DNA of 56,837 nucleotides from Patescibacteria group bacterium (GTDB lineage Bacteria; Bacillota; Negativicutes; Sporomusales; Sporomusaceae): NCBI GenBank assembly GCA_035560935.1, contig DATMYQ010000069.1, positions 1 to 56,837 of the forward strand, read 5' to 3'. Shown piece by piece: positions 54,363 to 56,837 of this stretch (position 1 is its first letter; each line of letters starts with the position of its first letter). The notes under the pieces were generated by a model. It saw only the letters and a program-made list of their open reading frames with translations, ran no database searches and was not told where the DNA came from. The position numbers and the translations under genes were made by a program.

Positions 54363-55504
54363 GCCAGGCCAGACTGATGCAGGGGAACGAAGCCTGCGCC
54401 GAAGGTGCCATAGCCGCCGGCGTGCGGTTCTTCGGCGGCTACCCCATCACCCCGTCCACCGAAATTGCCGAACTCATGGCCAAAGCCTTGCCGGGCATCG
54501 GCGGCACCTTCATCCAAATGGAAGACGAAATCGCCGGCATCGCTGTCATCTTAGGCGCCGCCTTAGCCGGGAAAAAAGTCCTGACCGCCACCAGCGGCCC
54601 CGGCTTCTCCTTAAAACAGGAACTCATCGGCTACGCCGCCCTGGCGGAAATCCCCGCCGTTATCGTCAACGTCACCCGCGTGGGCCCGTCCACCGGCCAG
54701 CCCACCTCCCCGGCCCAGGGTGACACCATGCAGGCCCGCTGGGGCACACACGGCGACCATCCGATGATCGCCCTGTCCCCCTGGACCGTGCGTGAAGCTT
54801 TCGACAGCGCCGTCCTGGCCGTCAACTACGCCGAACGCTTCCGGACCCCCGTCATCCTTTTACTCGACGAAATCGTCGGCCACATGCGAGAACGCGTCGT
54901 TCTCCCCGACCCCGCCGACATTGCCGTCTATCCCCGGAGAAAACCAAACAGCGGCCCCGGCTACAAAGCCTACGCCGCCGGCCCGGATCTCGTCCCCCAC
55001 ATCGCCGACTTCGGCACCGGCCACCGCATCCACGTCACCGGCCTCATCCATGACGAGACCGGTTTCCCCAGCGGTAGCCCCAAAGTCACCGAAGACTCCA
55101 TCCGGCGCCTGCACCAGAAAATCGAAATCGCCCGGGATGAAATCACCCATTACGAAGAATTTTTTACCGACGACGCCGAACACCTCGTCGTCGCCTACGG
55201 CGGCACCGCCCGCACCGCTTACGCCGGCGTCCTCGCCGCCCGTAAACAGGGCATCAAAGCCGGCATGATCCGGCTCATGACCATCTGGCCCTTCGCCGAC
55301 CGCGTCATCAAACAGGCCGCGGCCCGCGTCCAAACCCTTCTCGTTCCCGAACTCAACTACGGCCAGCTCGTCTATGAAGTCGAACGCGCCGCCGGCGGCC
55401 AGGCCCGCGTCATCTCCCTGCCCAAATACAACACCGAAATCTTCACCCCGGCGGAAATCACCGCCGCATTGGAAAAGCTGGCCCAAGGAGGCGAAACCAA
55501 ATGA
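54359..55504 (+). CDS. 2-oxoacid:ferredoxin oxidoreductase alpha subunit (second operon)
   Basis: ATG at 54359 overlaps the delta stop (ATGA). 'FFGGYPITPSTE'. The upstream extension from 54215 lies in an alternative frame over the delta gene. Confidence 0.9.
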   Translation: MSQARLMQGNEACAEGAIAAGVRFFGGYPITPSTEIAELMAKALPGIGGTFIQMEDEIAGIAVILGAALAGKKVLTATSGPGFSLKQELIGYAALAEIPAVIVNVTRVGPSTGQPTSPAQGDTMQARWGTHGDHPMIALSPWTVREAFDSAVLAVNYAERFRTPVILLLDEIVGHMRERVVLPDPADIAVYPRRKPNSGPGYKAYAAGPDLVPHIADFGTGHRIHVTGLIHDETGFPSGSPKVTEDSIRRLHQKIEIARDEITHYEEFFTDDAEHLVVAYGGTARTAYAGVLAARKQGIKAGMIRLMTIWPFADRVIKQAAARVQTLLVPELNYGQLVYEVERAAGGQARVISLPKYNTEIFTPAEITAALEKLAQGGETK

Positions 55505-56316
55505 GAGACCACGAAAAATACTTTCGCATGGGTCGGCTACCCCACATCTGGTGCCCCGGCTGCGGCAACGGCATCGTCATGAAAGCCCTGACCCAGGCCG
55601 CATTAAAACTCGGCCTCGACCAAAATAAAACCGTCATCGTCTCCGGCATCGGCTGCTCCTCACGGGCCTCCGGTTACCTTGACTTTGACACCCTGCACAC
55701 CGCCCACGGCCGGGCCATCCCCTTTGCCACCGGCGTCAAACTCGCCAACCCCGAACTCAAAGTCATCGTCATCACCGGCGACGGCGACTGCACCGCCATC
55801 GGCGGCAACCACTTCATCCACGGGGCCCGGAGAAACGTTGACCTCACCGTCATCCTCTTCAACAACAACATCTACGGCATGACCGGCGGCCAAGCCTCGC
55901 CGTTGACCCCCGTCAACAAAAAAGCCACCACCGCCCCCTACGGCACCGTCGACCGGCCCTTTGACCCCTGTGAATTGGCCAAAGCCGCCGGCGCCACCTA
56001 CATCGCCCGCAGCACCGCCTATCACGTTAACCAGCTCGTCGAGCTCATCGCCGGCGGCATAGAGAACAACGGCTTCTCCCTCATCGAAGCCATCACCCAG
56101 TGTCCCATCTCCTACGGACGCCGCAACAAAATGGGCGATGCCGCCGCCATGCTCAAATGGATGAGCCAGAACGGCGTGCCGCTGGCCGCCTACCAAAAAC
56201 TCAGCGACGAACAAAAAGGCGACAAATTCCCCACCGGCGTCCTGCACAAAAGCAGCTTCGGCGAATACAGCGACGAATATGCCCATATCATCGACATGGC
56301 GGGGGAGGAATCATAA
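55501..56316 (+). CDS. 2-oxoacid:ferredoxin oxidoreductase beta subunit (second operon)
   Basis: 'WCPGCGNG' and TPP motif 'GDGD...NNNIYGMTGGQ'. Confidence 0.9.
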   Translation: MRDHEKYFRMGRLPHIWCPGCGNGIVMKALTQAALKLGLDQNKTVIVSGIGCSSRASGYLDFDTLHTAHGRAIPFATGVKLANPELKVIVITGDGDCTAIGGNHFIHGARRNVDLTVILFNNNIYGMTGGQASPLTPVNKKATTAPYGTVDRPFDPCELAKAAGATYIARSTAYHVNQLVELIAGGIENNGFSLIEAITQCPISYGRRNKMGDAAAMLKWMSQNGVPLAAYQKLSDEQKGDKFPTGVLHKSSFGEYSDEYAHIIDMAGEES

Positions 56317-56837
56317 TGCAGGAAATCAGATTATCCGGATCCGGCGGCCAGGGAGTCATCACCGCCGGCATCATCCTGGCGGAAGCGGCCATCATGGAAG
56401 GAAAAGAAGCCGTCCAGTCCCAGTCCTACGGACCCGAAGCCCGGGGCGGCGCCTCCAAAGCCGAAGTCATCATCGCCGACGAATTCATCTACCATCCCAA
56501 AGTCTTAACCCCGAACGTCGTCCTGGCTTTGACCCAGCAGGCGGCGGTGAAATACAGCGCCGACCTCGTGGAAGGCGGCCTCTTCATCATCGACGAAGAC
56601 CTCGTACCCAATCCGCCGGCCGTCAACGGACGGATCGTCAAAGCGCCGATCACCCGGATTGCCGTCGAGAAACTGGGCAAAGACCTGTTCACCAACATCG
56701 TGGCGTTGGGCATTTTGGTCAAAGTGACCGGAGTAGTCTCGCTGGAGACCATCCAGAAGACCGTGGCCAAACGGGTGCCACCGGCCACTGTGGGCAAGAA
56801 CATGGAGGCGTTGAAGCTTGGTTTTGACGCGGTGTAA
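56316..56837 (+). CDS. 2-oxoacid:ferredoxin oxidoreductase gamma subunit (second operon)
   Basis: ATG at 56316 overlaps the beta stop (TAATG) after GGGGAGGA. 'SGSGGQGVITAGIILA...SYGPEARGG'. The stop is the last codon of the window. Confidence 0.88.
   Translation: MQEIRLSGSGGQGVITAGIILAEAAIMEGKEAVQSQSYGPEARGGASKAEVIIADEFIYHPKVLTPNVVLALTQQAAVKYSADLVEGGLFIIDEDLVPNPPAVNGRIVKAPITRIAVEKLGKDLFTNIVALGILVKVTGVVSLETIQKTVAKRVPPATVGKNMEALKLGFDAV

Noticed and set aside
54860-56286. Two long minus-strand ORFs (54860-55486 and 55660-56286, 208 aa each) with Gly/Asp/Val/Ala-rich low-complexity products
   Set aside because: They lie antisense to clearly recognisable oxidoreductase alpha and beta genes. They are stop-free only because the sense strand uses almost exclusively C-ending codons.

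Overview
This is a 56.8-kb chromosomal segment, roughly 55-60% GC by eye, that is densely coding and mostly on the + strand. The gene content suggests an anaerobic Firmicute with an outer membrane (Negativicutes/Sporomusa-like). That guess rests on beta-barrel-type secreted proteins sitting next to Firmicute-type regulators and ferredoxin oxidoreductases.

I saw no rRNA, CRISPR array, transposase, integrase or phage genes.

From left to right the window contains:
- A small envelope/glycan cluster: a truncated CDS, a beta-barrel protein and a GH16-like glucanase.
- A LysR regulator with an apparent N-terminal frameshift, and a LysE exporter.
- A 4HB-type MCP.
- An M-box (Mg2+) riboswitch. It precedes a soluble PRC-barrel/MgtE_N/CBS protein and an Nramp-related transporter whose metal-site motifs are altered.
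- A GH18 hydrolase, an ArsC-family protein and an isoaspartyl peptidase.
- tRNA-Asp and tRNA-Phe behind a consensus promoter.
- An internally duplicated HExxH protein.
- A korDABC-type 2-oxoacid:ferredoxin oxidoreductase operon.
- A dCache MCP.
- An LTxxQ (CpxP/ZraP-like) Met/His/Gly-rich periplasmic protein with an OmpR-type two-component system.
- A TSCPD protein and an M48 peptidase.
- A PrpR_N/PAS sigma-54 activator with two -24/-12 promoters that share paired palindromic enhancer sites. One promoter drives a cysteine-desulfidase-family gene. The other drives a UroD-like gene, an M24 peptidase and TctBAC.
- A carboxylate locus with two DASS permeases, a LarA-like protein, two tandem LytS/LytTR pairs and GlcE/F/D-like dehydrogenase genes.
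- A minus-strand module made of a 7TM histidine kinase, a NarL regulator, a pseudo-receiver and two orphan secreted proteins. This is my best candidate for an undescribed system.
- A second kor-type operon with strikingly different, C3-biased codon usage.

All functional calls come from motif recognition by eye. No database search was run.
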